DNA from: Eutreptiella sp. 'Long Island Sound 2002' | Lineage: Eukaryota; Protista; Euglenida | NCBI GenBank assembly: GCA_964036045.1 | Contig: OZ038378.1 | Span: forward strand, 200,446,001 to 200,510,000 | DNA: 64,000 nt | Reading direction: 5' to 3' | Shown: positions 1 through 13,369 of the stretch, one piece after another | Layout: each line of letters starts with the position of its first letter | Position numbering within the stretch: position 1 is the first letter of the stretch | The notes under the pieces: generated by a model | What the model was told of the DNA's origin: nothing | The model's input: the letters and a program-made list of their open reading frames with translations, nothing else | Databases searched by the model: none | Translations under genes and position numbers: made by a program

Positions 1-220
1 AAGTCGAATGTTCTAGGGGATGTCAAAATTGATGATTAGCGCGCAATATGTTTTTAGCAATAATACTTCAACTTGAAGTGCTGTGCATGCTCATCAGCCC
101 ACTGGAATCCACACGACAGTCATGGTGTACCACCTCACCAGGTGATGGACCAGCCAGCACCGTGCTCTGAGCATTCGAAATGAACATGAATACCCGCAGA
201 ATAGGGGAATAATGTGACTA

Positions 221-582
221 CCCCGTCCCCCCCTTGTCCTGGCTACGCAAAAGTCCCAAATTAATGAGGTCCCATGCCTGCTGTAGCTTGGACAAGGGAG
301 TAGCTTGCGCGCGCGCGACACATACAACTACCGACACACACGTGAGTCATCGCATGGGGGGGTATTGTGCAGAAATATATCCCAAATCAGAGCTATGTGG
401 GTTCAACTGGGCAACAACAAATGTGTCCATGACCTTATGTAGCTGGCAAATTTGTAACCAAACCCATGTCTCATGTGGCTGCACTACATTTGGTACCGCA
501 TTAAAGAAAGTCCCAAACTAATACGGTCCCTACGCCTACTGTAGCTCGGACAAGGGCGTAGCTAGGACAAAAGGGGGGGGGG
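221..582. mobile_element. TA-flanked MITE with C-run/G-run TIRs (subfamily with an internal AATACGGTCC-type direct repeat)
   Basis: Left end TA|CCCCGTCCCCCCCTTGTCCTGGCTACGC, right end GCGTAGCTAGGACAAAAG(n)ATA; clear similarity to 43040-43420. Confidence 0.75.
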
Positions 583-3147
583 ATACCATCAATGACAAAT
601 CATGCATAAATCCACGTGAACCAAGAGAGCACTTATAACGCAATGCACCAATACTACTGGCCAGAACAGCAACTACCAGCAACACAATACAACCTAAAAC
701 CATTCTTGATCCCAAAAACACATTGATGGTGACGGTTACCTCAGGTGCCTGGGGGGTGTTCAAAGGGGGGAATGCTTCCAAAATGCCCCAAACCCCCATG
801 CACAAACAGACAAAACGTTGCAGGAAAAGCACCTTGAGCTTTTTGGGTGAGCCACTGTCCATGCACATCCCTGGAACCCATGGACAACACCACAACACCA
901 TAACTTCAGCACTGAAACGCCTGCCAACCGTTGTCCAAGTGCAACGGCATTAAAGACTAACGAGCAGCAAGGTCCACAGCTAGGGCAACAATAAGAATTA
1001 CACCCCTGAAGGTGGTCATAGATGCACTGAGGGCCCTGTGAAGCCCCGTCCCCACCCCCCTTTCTCTCTCTTGGGGCACACCAATATGAGCTGGCGTAGC
1101 CCGCTCACTGTATGGTACTCGAGATAACTCTGTCTCTTTCTCCAAATTTGCGACTTGCAGCAAAATTTTGTACTTTCAGGATGCCTGCACAATGGTGTAA
1201 GACAGTGTTTGCCAAACGTGCTCCGCATGGACTTGACACACTGCGCGTGCGTTGCAGTCATCGTGGGTCGGGGACGACAGGGGACAGGGGGGCAGAGGGA
1301 GATCAGAGGCACTGCTCTGCTCCCTTGCCCTCTAGAGTACCCTTGTCTACCCCTCCATGGAAAGGGCCCATGATGTTCTGAACAATTTCGAAGACACATG
1401 GGCCTGACTGGGGCCGGGATCGGGCGCTTTTTGCATGGAGGCCCCACTGGAGGACCTGAGCGATCCCATCATTTTAACTGGATAGTAGGACCCATCCTGC
1501 GTGCAGGCACCAGCACCCGGTTCTACGGGGAGACACGGGAGGGGCAAGGCGTAGGAAAAAGTGTGTGTGACGTGTGTCTCACACCCTCGTTCTGCCACAC
1601 TCACACAGCATGTGCCCCTGCGGGGAAGGCCAAGGGCTTTCCTCCCTGCGTCTCTCTGCTTGCTACCATTGTGCCAAGTGTGTACCCCAAGCATCCAAAG
1701 CACGTTTGTATCCCGAAAATGGATACAAACGTATCCTGCGCTGACGGTGAGATGGAGGATTTGCACATCTGCTACGGAACAAGCAACCTCGGGTCACATA
1801 TGAGCATATAGCAGATCGATAGCTGATACATAAACAGCTCAGGGTAGCAATGGTCACCACGGTGCAGGCCCCCGAGGACATGCGGCACATGAAATATTTC
1901 TGGCGTGTATCACGGCCACCGCTGGCGTGGCGCAATGCTCCACACAGACCGACAAGGGTGGCAGGGAACCGTAGTGGCTGTCCCCCCTTCAAGCCCCCGT
2001 CTCTCCGCATGACCCTCTGCCCTCCACCTTCTCCCCGTCGGCCATGCAAATGGGTGATTGGTGCAAACATACCGCTCAGTCTCAGCGAATGAAGAAGGCA
2101 AGCGTGTGACAGGGCTTACGCCTGTGTGCATCAGGGTCAAGACGCCCCCCATGCGCCAGGCTGCAGGCGCTGACCGGAACGTACAGAGAGGCCCCCTGCA
2201 TTTGGGACATGCAAAGCAAACGCTCCCGTCATTGTTGTCAATGCTACAGGTAGCCAGCAAGAACCCATTCGATGACTCGCTGCCATACAGCAGGGCTGTT
2301 TTTTCAGGCCTTGCGGCATACAGCAGGGACGCAACACTCCTATGGGGGCTGATGTGGCTGTGTACAATGGAGTACTCTCAGCCAAAGGAATCTGACTGAG
2401 TGAATCCTTCAAATCCACCACAGACCATAACTGGTTCTCGCCTATAGTAGTATAGTAGGGAGAGGGTATGCATCGGTTTCAATTTGCTCATTGAGTGCTC
2501 GAAAATCATAATTACCAAAATGGGGTGCCCTTTTTCAATGGCATGCACAACAACACAGACAAATGTACCAGAAATGCGGGGCAAACACACATGCAACTCA
2601 TATAATGTAGCACGAGGGTCGTGCTACTATTCAGCTTGGGTATGTTCCTGTACAAACTTTGTGCAGAGCGCGCGCACAGCCTGCACACAGCGCGCAATAT
2701 GCCCCCTTAAAGAGACGCAGGGGACTCATGTGCCATTCTTCCGAAACTGCAGGAAGAGCAGTCAACGTCCTTGACAATGGTATGGGACCGGCCCAACAAT
2801 GTTGCGGATAACAAAGGTTGAAGACCTTGGTGGTGTGCGAGGCCCGTTAACTTACGCTCTGGAACAATGCGTCTGCCAATGCACAGCAGAGGGAGGCAGG
2901 AGTTAGGACCACAAAATATATACAGCAGAAGGTGCGGGCAGCAGAAGCGCCAACAAAACTAGAAAGAGGTTGGCAAAAGTGCGATGCAGTATGATAAAGA
3001 GCCCGAGTACCACAGCTGCTGAACCAAGTGCCCCTGCCCCCCTTATCCAGGCTGTAGTGTGGACAGGCAGGTGGCTTATGTAGCTTATGTATCCGACCAC
3101 ATGAACCTCGACAAAACTCTGAATCAAAGATAAGAGATGGTACCTTA

Positions 3148-3425
3148 CCCCCCCCTTGTAATCTCCCCACCAATATCGTGACAGTTCCCCCCCATGGTGG
3201 GGGGGGACGGTCACGAAGTGACAGTTGCCCCCCAAAGGGGGGGGGGATGGCACCACAAAACTGTACCATAGTATCACAGTGTAAATCAGCTTCGGCGCGT
3301 TTGGCGCCTTGTAAAATTTTTCTTTGGCACCCAGTATTTTCTATGCTTGTTGGGCCAAGTGACCGTTCCCCCCCAGGGGAGGGGGGATTGCAAAGGGGGG
3401 GGAGATTATAAGGGGGGGGGGGGGG
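3148..3425. mobile_element. TA-flanked MITE with C-run TIRs
   Basis: TA|CCCCCCCCTTGTAATCTCCCC ... GGGGAGATTATAAG(n)|TA; subterminal GTGAC-GT-C(n)..G(n) hairpins. Confidence 0.85.
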
Positions 3426-3812
3426 TAAAGTACACTTGTTCCACAAAGCAATGGGTGGGGACGAGGCAAATGACTACAAATGAATTTGACGTTCCATGTC
3501 CAGCCGATTGTGAAGATCCCACCAAAAACATGTCTGCTTCTGACCGTAAAATTTTGGTACCGAAATGATTTCGAGCAGCAAAAACTAGAGTCCTAATGGG
3601 TAGAGTAGGTTGGACGACAGGTGTGATGGGAGTAGACAACAGGTGGGATGGGAGAGGAGCGGGGGTAGGAAGACAACATGCAGGGCAGGTGGCCAGGAAA
3701 CACCAACATTGAAGGGTAAAGGTTATGAAATGCTGATGAAAGGACAACGTTGCGCTGGATCACAGCCAAGTGTGAACCCAGAAGGGCAGGGATGGTGTCT
3801 TGTCCTGACTTA

Positions 3813-4116
3813 GGGGGCGTTTTCGCACAGCGCGCGCACAGCGCCAATTATTGCGGTGATTATCCAGGTAACAACCCTGAAAACCACCCACCTGTGGAAT
3901 CATGCACAATCAATTCAAAACTCAAAAATTCAAACATCTGATGCTTGCCATGGGTCCCAGGGACCTAAATTCTGCCCCCTATAGCCCCGTCCACTGCAGC
4001 AGCCATTCAATGACGTCCTTTCAATCTTCTGAACTTACCGAACTCCCGGTGGTGGAGAACAGCCAACTTTTCGCACAGCGCGGGCACAGCACGCGCACAG
4101 CGCACGGTACGCCCCC
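3813..4116. mobile_element. PIF/Harbinger-type MITE
   Basis: TIR GGGGGCGT...ACGCCCCC, 3-bp TSD TTA on both sides, subterminal GCACAGC repeats. Confidence 0.85.
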
Positions 4117-4632
4117 TTAGCGTGTGCCAAGCAAACCCGACAGAGAAACTTGGGACTACCGAGGGTCCTGCCGAAGACAACCGTGGGCAATCAACACAGA
4201 AATGCATTGCTCCCCGCACGCCAGCCCCCATGTCCACACCCACCTGCGCAGGAGCGTGCTCCCCTTCGGGGAATTCGGGGAACAATTGCCAGATGAAGCA
4301 CCCCAACCCCCCCACACTGCTGGTGGGCGGGTTGGGGGACGGCACAGTCAATGTCAAGCCCCGCATTTATATATGGAGATCTGACCGCATACAAGAAATT
4401 TGGGGAGTTCCCGGGGAGGCCTGGAGGGGGGTCCAGCCGGGGGTGGCCGGGGCGAAAAACCCAAACAAACAATGCACTGATAATTTTGATTAGAATCTTT
4501 TTCAAAAAAAATCTCGCTCTCAGGTTTGCCGGGGGGGGGGGGGGGGCTCCAAGCAGCCAAAGTGCGGTAGGGGGTGAGGGTGGGTTTTCCATCCATGCTC
4601 AAATTCTCCATAAAATATTGAGCATTTCGAGT

Positions 4633-5158
4633 CCCCGTCCCCCCTTGGAAAAACAAAAGAGACCTGTGATACGAATTAAAACATACATGGAGGGCATATG
4701 GTCCACAAATGGCCGGGAAATTGTTTGCCGGGATACATGTTCAGGTCTAGTGAGAAGGAAGGAAATCATATTAAGGAGCAATAGTCCATGGGGCTTCTAC
4801 CCATGTTCAGGTCTAGTGAGAGATAGGCACTGTGTGCCATATTTCTGGCGTGTGTACTTAACTTTGAAGAGCTGCACATGCTCAACCGGGGCCACTGGAA
4901 TGGGCTCACCAGCTGCAGGCTTGGCTGCAGGCTTGGTTGCCACCTTGGCGGCAGGTAGTGTTCTGGCACGAAGTGTTCTGCATGATACAGGGTGCAGCGT
5001 TCTGCCTTGGATGCAGGAAATTCCTATTGCACAGCAATGCAGCAATCATACTTCCTTATCCAACCAGTACATACACACTTCAATATCCAGCCAATCTTGT
5101 AATTAGAACTTGAAAGCTCAATGTGACGGTCAAACCCCCCCCGCCGGGGGGGGGAGGA
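4633..5158. mobile_element. C-run-TIR family element carrying a minus-strand ORF relic
   Basis: Right end GTGACGGTCAAAC(n)GCCG(n)AGGA|TA; degenerate left end CCCCGTCCCCCTTGG; internal KPAAKPAAGEPIPVAPVEHVQLFKVKY. Confidence 0.55.
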
Positions 5159-6486
5159 TACACAGGTAGGTATTGCTCGGGGGGACGGGGGCAACACACA
5201 CATAGTCTGAAAAAATTATTTCCTCCCTGCCACAAGCCCCCCGCAAAAAAATTTCCGTGCCTTTGGCACCCAGGTTTCCAGCCAAAATCTGAAGTTGCCC
5301 AAAGTTAGGTCCAAGAACGTGAGGTGGTCCGGAGGGTTGGGGGTGGGGGAGGTTCTGAACCCCGCCCCCCCCCCCCCTTGGTCAACGTACCCCAGCAACA
5401 AAAAAAGGCAGAAATCTGCGAAAATGTGCATAGCAACACAATGAAGATACCAGGGCACTACAGAGGATAACATAAGAGACACATTCTCTGGGATACAGTG
5501 ACTGATGCTGTGCACAACGATCACTGTTTCAGGGTCTCTGTGTACAGCTTGTTGCTCCTCGACCTCAACATCCCCCGCACATTTTTCTGTGGTTCACAAA
5601 ATGACGATCCCCCGTGGGACGGGAAGACACAGGGTGCGGGTGTGTGTGTGTGTGTGTGTGCGTCCATTGGCAGACTGCAAATGATGGCGATTGTATCGGA
5701 GCAAGGGACAGGGAGAGGGAGGGATGGAGGGGGGCAGGGAGGGTAGCAGGGCAGAGGACGATCACCAGGTTGTTGTGCCTGAGCATGAAATCAGAGCATG
5801 GACATCATTTGCTCTGGTGCTGTTCTGCCGTGGCACGAGGTTCCAAGGCAGCACATAGCGAAGGGAGGCGAGTGCAGCCCAGCAAGACCAGTGGATTTGG
5901 AACTGTTGGTGAAATGGACGGGGCTGAAGGCGCCATAGGCATGTCAACCGGACCAATGATGGCCAACTGTTGGACTGATGGTTTTCTTTGTGATCTGGTG
6001 GACCTGATACCCCAGTGTGCTCCCGAGACAGCCCCATAACAGATGTCGCTTAGGACAGCCTCACAGGGTCAGTGCGCTCCTGCAAGCGGAGACCCTGAAT
6101 CCCACCGTCTATGGCGTCTGACAGCAGGATGTGCACTTGTTGGGGTGCCAAATGGGATGGGCCAAGACCATTGGGAAACACACGGAGGACCTCGGGGGCG
6201 ATACGTGGATGAGAAGGAAGGGGAGGAGGTGTGCCGAGGTCCCGTGCGGCGTCATTGCCGAGGGAGGAGTGAGGTGGTGGAACGAGTAGTCCGGCAGGGC
6301 TGAGGGAGAGCTGTGCTCATGGGTGGCACACAACCGAAGTTGCTGGACAACCCACCGGAGCCTCAAGAAGGTACTGTGTGCTGTATGGATGGCAGTGCAG
6401 AGGAGGGAGCTAAATGTGTTGTGAGGGCCTGGCGGTGTGTCGCAATTAGGGCAGTGGGTTGCGAGGGCACGGGTCAGGGCAAAGCG

Positions 6487-6628
6487 GCACAGGGGGCCCT
6501 TCCCCGTCGTCGTCCGCTGGAAGTAGTCGTCGAGGAACGCTCCTCGTTGGTTACGCATCCCCGTCGGCCCCCGCAGGCGAGCCACCCTCTGAGCATGGCA
6601 GTGCAGCACCAGCCGCTGCAGCTGCACC
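6487..6628 (-). repeat. About 140-bp exon-like segment, copy 1 (copy 2 at 9520-9660)
   Basis: 6 substitutions between the copies; one minus frame has strongly G/C-ending codons (QLQRLVLHCHAQRVARLRGPTGMRNQRGAFLDDYFQRTTTGKGPL). Confidence 0.85.
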
Positions 6629-9519
6629 TTCATGGCCGCCCGCTCCGCGAAGCACGGGCGCAGGCAGGAGGGGGGAGGACAGTGGGCTACGAGAGCATGT
6701 CAGTGTGGAGCACTTTAGTCTGGTCGCGCAAAACTGTACCTCAGCTAGAGACGAACTCCTCAACATGCCTGGCACCTTGCCAGGCTTGTGAAGGCTGAGT
6801 CATGGTAGAACAAAATGGAAGGGGGCCTCTGGCCCATTTGCCATCTCTGAACGCATAACAAGCGCAGAAGGGGTGGGATGTCAATTCGAAAATCAAACTT
6901 GGGGATGGCGTGGGCTGGCATCGCACACAGTGTTGTTTGCCCCCCTGGCCATGTGCGCTTCGTCGCACGGGGTGTCCTGTGGCATTTTGGCATGTATGCG
7001 CGGTGCAGGTCAGGGAAGTGAATGTGTATCACAGGGAGGGGAGCAGGGGATCTACATGCTACACTGCACGTCTTCAAACCGTACAGAAATTGCTGGTGAC
7101 TTTGGGGGTTCGCTGTCACACAGCACAAGCCCCTGCAAACGGGGCAAAACTCCCCCAACTGCTTGCAATACCCTTGATCAACTTTATAATATACTACTAA
7201 CATAATATATATATCCGGGATGGGTTGGGTGGGCACCTATGTTTCTTGACCTGTGTGTCCGCTACGTGCACTCTTCGTTTTTTTTTTGTCTGTCCGGTAC
7301 CATCAACAATTGTTCGAGATTGTTCCGGATCTTCAGACTCATTGTCTGAGACAGTGCACTGTCGGCTCTACCACCTACCCGTCATCCTCACACAGAGGGG
7401 GCATTAGGTTACAGGGTGAATCGACTATGCATACAATGCACCCCCCCCCCCCCCCCGCCAAGGGCCACTCCTGCCCAATGGCTGGATGATATGCTGCTAG
7501 TGATTTGGGGGTTCCTGGTCAGGGCTGGGAAATACATGTTGGATAACATTGGGATCAGAATCTGTGGACGCCAGCTCACACTGTTGATCTTTGTCGCACT
7601 GGTCTGAAGACGTGGTGGTGCAAGAGGAGGACAGGCGAGCAGTGATCAGGCAGGGCCGAGAGGGAGAGACAAGGGGAGAGGTGGTGCAAGGGTATGAGGA
7701 CGGGCGAGGGGGAGAGGAAATGACGCCAGGACCCAAAATGAGATTTCCAGTGGTCAATGTGGTGGCGACCGGGAGAAGAAAGCCATATCAAAGACGTGCG
7801 GCGTCGCTGCGGGACAAGTGGCAGGTGGTGGAGTCTATGCGGCTTGGGACAGAGGGGCTATTGCATTGATCTATGTCCCCATGGCGAAGGACTGACAGGA
7901 CTGAAACGGCTGTGCACAGGAGTCCAGCTTATGCCCAGTGACCTGCTCCGGCCGATCCTTAGGGACCAGGAAGCAGGCACTGACGCCTGTGGAGGGGCAC
8001 ACTGCCGTGGCGGCTTCCCTTGACCAGCCCAAGGGAGCCTGAAGGGCCCGAGAGGGAACACCAGAAACGGCCGGCCTCCGTCACGACAGAACGTCCACAA
8101 AGCGGTCAGGCAACTGCCAACAACCGCCGCCAGCCAAGTGCCACTGAATCCGCCGCCAACCCTCACTGCGAGGGGTCATAGCAGAAGACGAAGGCAGGAG
8201 GCCTCTGAAACCCCCCTACCCCCCCGACACACTCCCTCTCAGCGCTGGCCCGGGTCTGCACAGCACCGGTCCAAGCGTCGCTACAGAACACCATGTCTAG
8301 GCCCGCCCCCCGAAGGCCCCCTTGTTTTGTTTGCAGACAGACCCAACCAGTGAAAGGCGGTCCCACCCCATGGGAATCTGCGGAATGTCTGCAGGTCTGC
8401 GTGCCTGCAGGTCTGCGCGGTGGGGGCGGTGCAGTACGGCGCTCTGCGAGCCCGAAGAACCCAAACCATTCGACGGAGGTATGATCGACCGACCTGTCAT
8501 GCGCTTGGCGCGGTGCAGTGCCGCCAGATTCTTCGCTGCGGACGCGGAGGCAAATGGGGGACCCGGAGGCAAATGGGGGACCGTGGAGAAGACTCCTTCA
8601 TCCAATCCCTCTCAGACCTGCACTGACCCCAAATGCCATCCAAACCCACCGCTGTTTCTCAAAATTGAATCTCGTAGTGGCTATTGTTTTTTGCACCATT
8701 CCAATGGCGTGGCCAAGACGCAATTTTACACAAAATTTGACGGCTCAGTCGCATAACAATTTTTGAGCAGAAGGGGCGGGGGCTAAGCAGGCCAGTCAGG
8801 TGACACACTCCATGGAAGCATCGATGGGTCTCTCTCGCCGTCTGCCGGGGGGGCTCTTTACAAGGGGGACAGACGAACCTGCAGAGGGCAGCACGGGTGT
8901 TTTTTTGTTTCTTGATGAAGTCCGGGACCACCGGAAGGTTAATTGCGAACGGCTTGCGGCTGAGCGCCAACCGACAGTTGATGGTCGGCCGATGACAGTT
9001 GATGGTCGCTGGCAGTTTGTCTCACGGTGTGCCATGATAAAACGGCAGCTTCTGTGCGCCCGCTGCTTTTGCTTTTCTTCCGGCCCCTGGGGCCCTCTGC
9101 CACTGCTCCTCTGCTGGCCGCAGCCGGCCTCGCGTGCACCCCAACCCAAGTCTACGAGGCCCCGGCGGTGCTCGCGACCAGGAACCGTTCGAGGGGAAGG
9201 GGCACCAAAGGGCACCTGAGAAAGCTTTTTCACTGCGGAGCAGTAAAGCGCCGGTGGGGGGCAGCTCTGGCGGTTGCAAAGGCGCGTGGCAGAGGTCGGG
9301 TGACTCGCTGGTCGTTGATCGCGGACCCGTTGCCACAGTCGGGGCCAATGCGAATGCAGGGGGCGTTCTTTGCAGAGAAGACAGAAAGGGAAACTTGTGG
9401 TGGCCTGTTAGCCCCTTGAACACGTGGGGCACTTTCAGTCGCTGAGACCCCGCGTCCCCAGTGTCAATCTTGGCACTGACCCCTTGGGGCGGGCTCAGCC
9501 TTGAGCGCGTTGGCCCGGT

Positions 9520-9660
9520 CACAGGGGACCCTTCCCCGTCGTCGTCAGCTGCAAGTAGTCGTCGAGGAACGCTCCCCGTTGGTTATGCATCCCCGTCGGC
9601 CCCCGCAGGCGAGCCACCCACTGAGCATGGCAGTGCAGCACCAGCCGCTGCAGCTGCATT
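9520..9660 (-). repeat. About 140-bp exon-like segment, copy 2
   Basis: Direct repeat of 6487-6628; here the frame ends CCC CTG TGA. Confidence 0.85.
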
Positions 9661-11269
9661 CCAACTCCAACCAACGAATTGTTCTATTGTTCGCAGACCG
9701 GGTATGACGCACGGACGACGCTTCAACTGCGCATGATGCCACAGAGACAACCCCCATGGAGGACTTCCCAGGGTGAAAAGAACACCTCCCAGATCGCCTT
9801 GGCTCCTCTTGTACTGTACTTCGTGCTGCTCACCCTCGCGCAGCTTGGCAGGATATGCAGAGGGGAGGTGCCTGCATCTAGATAAGCCGACCCAAGGAAG
9901 GAGAACAGACAGCAAGCCGCTGACAAAAAAAGAAGCGGTGCCACGCTCAAGCGCCGACAGACCCCCAGCACCAGTATGTATCGGATATACCTGGTCTAAC
10001 ACACATGCACTGGCAGGTGCAGTCCCACTCATGCGGTACACTCACATGGGACGCTATGTCCCCCTCAGCTATGCACTGGACAGCTGGATCCGACTGAGCC
10101 AAGCTGCGGACACAGGTAGCTCCTTACTAGTCCTGCACGCACCCAGGCCCTAGTGCCTGAGGCAGCTCAATCCTTCTAAGCCGGTGCTGGACGCGTCACT
10201 GAGCTTTGCAAGGGACTCAGCCAGGACCAGCGCCTACCACAGAGTGCTCGTAACACTGATGAATACTCATGATGCAGGCACTACACAGCGGAGATTGCAT
10301 CGCATACTGGGGACCATGAACGTCGCCGGGTCCTGCGCTGCCTTGCAGGACTTTCCTTGACGTAGAAAAAGAAAGAAATCATTTCGTCCCATGACAGTTT
10401 GTGCCCCGACTGCCGGGGGTTGGTTGACCACCAATGCACGCCAGTCGAACACCGACTGCCGGCAGTCAACCGCCACCGGCCAAACGGGTGTGTGGACTTT
10501 CTCAAAACAAAAAACAAGAAACGACGAAGAAACTTTCATCCGTCACAGAAGCTTCCGGTGCCGCGAAATAATCGCAGCGATACCGCACGGAGCCGTGCAG
10601 TGGCCACCGCTCGGCCCTCATTGTCTATGCAGTGCGATTTACTGGGCTATGCAATGGATACAGTTTGACGCTGCAAGGGAGAGGTTGTTGCCCACCCTCC
10701 CAGTCACGCCTGAGACACTCGCCCCGAAACCCCTTTGTGACAGTGCGGGTGGCAGGATCAAAGACCAAGGAGTATGCAGCGCAGTGTAGTTGTGGTGTGG
10801 TGTGGTATGTGGTGTGGACACACGTGTCAAAAATGGACGAGTTGGTAGCATGCAAAACTTCTGTGTTTCAGGGTACTCACTTGACGATGCCACTCTCACA
10901 TTGGTTGAGCGGGGAAAAGCGGTTTTCTAGTCAGGGGAGAGTAGCAGAAAACACAATTCACACGGCATTTGCTGGCTTTGAATCGGCCTCATACATGCGT
11001 CCATTGCCCAGGCATCTGATGTGAGCATACCAGTGTGTCCAGGCTTCACAATAGAGAGACACCTTGGCATCAGCAGCCCACAGGCGGATCCGGCGTTTGC
11101 CTTGTGGGTGCAGGCCAAAATAAATGTACGTAGCGAGCACAAGCATACGCAGACGTAGGGTTCCACTTAGCAAGGCTAAATGGGGCGACCACCACAGACC
11201 CACAAAAGCCAATGTTGCCCATAGACATAAAGACACCTTTCAAGAATGAAGGCCCTTGAGCTGTAGTAC

Positions 11270-11710
11270 GGAGGAGGGACACCACGCCACTCAGGACAAG
11301 CTGTAGCTGTCCCCTATACCCCAAGTTGCTTAGGGTGAGCGTTGGGATGATCCCTGTTGATCATCCCACATTGAGATTCTTGTGTGGCGATGACAAAATT
11401 GTGAAGCAAAACAGGTCTGCCCAGCGTGGCAGCACCCCCAGGCCTCCTGAGGAGGGAGGAAACAAATGACCAGCAAGAGGGCTGAGCTGCATGATCATCT
11501 CTGCAGCATGCGCACCCGGCACTATGATGGCAGCCTTCTTCTGCTACATGGCCGGGAATCCGGCAGAATCTTTGGGGGCCGTCCCAAAACGAAGCTGCAG
11601 AAGAATAATCAACAGCAGAAGCCGCACGCGCCGAAACGACCGACGGTCCATCTGGGTTGTGCTTCACGACAGCGCTGGCCTTGCCAAGCATTGCTATGCA
11701 TCAGGGTCTG
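11270..11710 (+). pseudogene. Decayed RNase H-like retroelement fragment
   Basis: GRKQMTSKRAELH resembles the RNase HI QTNNRAEL motif; stops and frameshifts surround it. Confidence 0.4.
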
Positions 11711-13333
11711 ACACCCGGCGTGGCCAAGCGAACGCCCCCCCCCCCCCCCGGACGACACATCAGCACGCATACACATGCACATGCCCACACGAACACATGG
11801 GGGGGGGGGGGGGGAGGCTTGGCTTGCGCGGGGGGGGGGGGGGGTCAGAGCCCCTTTCCCAGACCTCCCGTACGGAAAGTGTCAGGAACAGGCCCCAGAG
11901 AAAGACGCATAAATCCGCAACACAAGAACCAGTACCAAAGGCGCCTTTCGGTCGAAAAAAAATTAGACACTCGGAAAGTGACCCAAGGCTCCCACAAAGG
12001 GTACCCCCCCCCCACCATAGGCCAACCCCATGCACACGTCATATATGTACGTATACGCGCATACATGTACACGCGACGTATACGCGAAGTATACGCGGAT
12101 ACATATAATCGGTAGATACCCTGTATACAGGTAGACACTGTGCATAGCTTGTGGACACTGTTCACATACACGTTTACCCGGGTATAGTCTGTAGACACTG
12201 AGTGCCAAGCACCGCTGGGTACCGGAATCCCGCCCCCGACGACCACAGGCTGTCGTTCAAGAAACAAAATGAAGGGAGAAAGATCGTGTTCCGGAAGGAC
12301 AGCCCCGTCATGGGCGGGCCTTTGGGGGATGGGTTGTGGGGGGGCCGGGGGGGGGGGGGGTCGGGATCCAAAAATGGAAAATAGGCCCGAAGAAAGTTGT
12401 CCTTCAGCAAATTTCATTCTGTTCCCACTCTGAAATTTTTGTGAGGGCCAGAGGGGGGGGAGGCAACACGCATGCCCAAAAACATATCCGATGGACCGCC
12501 TTGTCCGGCATTCAGAGGCTCGGAGCTGGTCTGGCAACAGGGGATCACTGCGTACCCAAATGGAAACCCATGGCATTCCTGAATCACAAACCCCCCCACC
12601 ACATAAATTCAATTTCATTGTACTTTGAGCAGTTTTCAGTTTTACATTTTGCTGATTTCCTGTTCATCTTTGTTATCATTGATGATGTGGCTGTCCTCGA
12701 CAGGGATTCTCTGCGGCATCTCACACAGAACACAACACCCCACATGCTCCAGCGATGCCAATCGCGTTCACTCCGGCAGACATACCACGCTGTGTGACCC
12801 TCCGTCGGGCTCACGGCGGCACGGCTCACCATGCGCCCCCTCCTCCGCCCCCCACCCGCAACGGACAACGTCCGGAACGGCAGCAACGACAGGCACGCCC
12901 CCCTTTTGCGCATTGGACACGACGGGGGGCGGTGCTGCCATCGAATGGCGGGGGCAGGGCCCGTGAACGCCCCGCCCCCGCCCCCAGACACACTTCAGAA
13001 CGGGGGCACGGGGGTTGACCCTCCTTCTCGTGAACGGGGAATAGCAACCCACAAGGCACAGCATCGCCGGCCACGTCTGGGCCTGGGCTGCTTCAGCCCT
13101 AGTCCGAGTGGGAGCCCCATCCCCCGGAAGGCGGTGGACGGGGCAAAAGGTCGGTTTGCCGGTCACAAAAAAGGCCGGTTGGTGGTTTGCTGGTTGGTGG
13201 TCCAAGAAAGGCGGGTGACCGGGCAACGGTCGGTGGGATAGGGATGATGCGGTTGGGGGAGGGGGGGGGGGGGGGCAAGCGGCCAATGCTGCCGCATCAC
13301 TGCCCTGCGCCCGGGCCCTGCACAAGCACCCAG

Positions 13334-13369
<36 letters not shown>

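Larger units (their letters stand above)
5760..10250 (+). mobile_element. Fragmented, decayed non-LTR retrotransposon relic interrupted by other repeats
   Basis: Collinear plus-strand peptide pieces resemble the 49.2-51.5 kb element: VCCMDGSA (about 6380), LDN..SH..VVNVV..KW.VE (7500-7900) and LYFVLL..IRLSQ (9690-10150). Boundaries are approximate. Confidence 0.35.

Noticed and set aside
6500-6545. AFLDD as a reverse-transcriptase catalytic motif
   Set aside because: None of the other RT motifs are present at the expected spacing.
10958-11236. Ulp1-like protease fragment (HW...Y..DS)
   Set aside because: No downstream Gln/Cys catalytic motif found; too weak to call.
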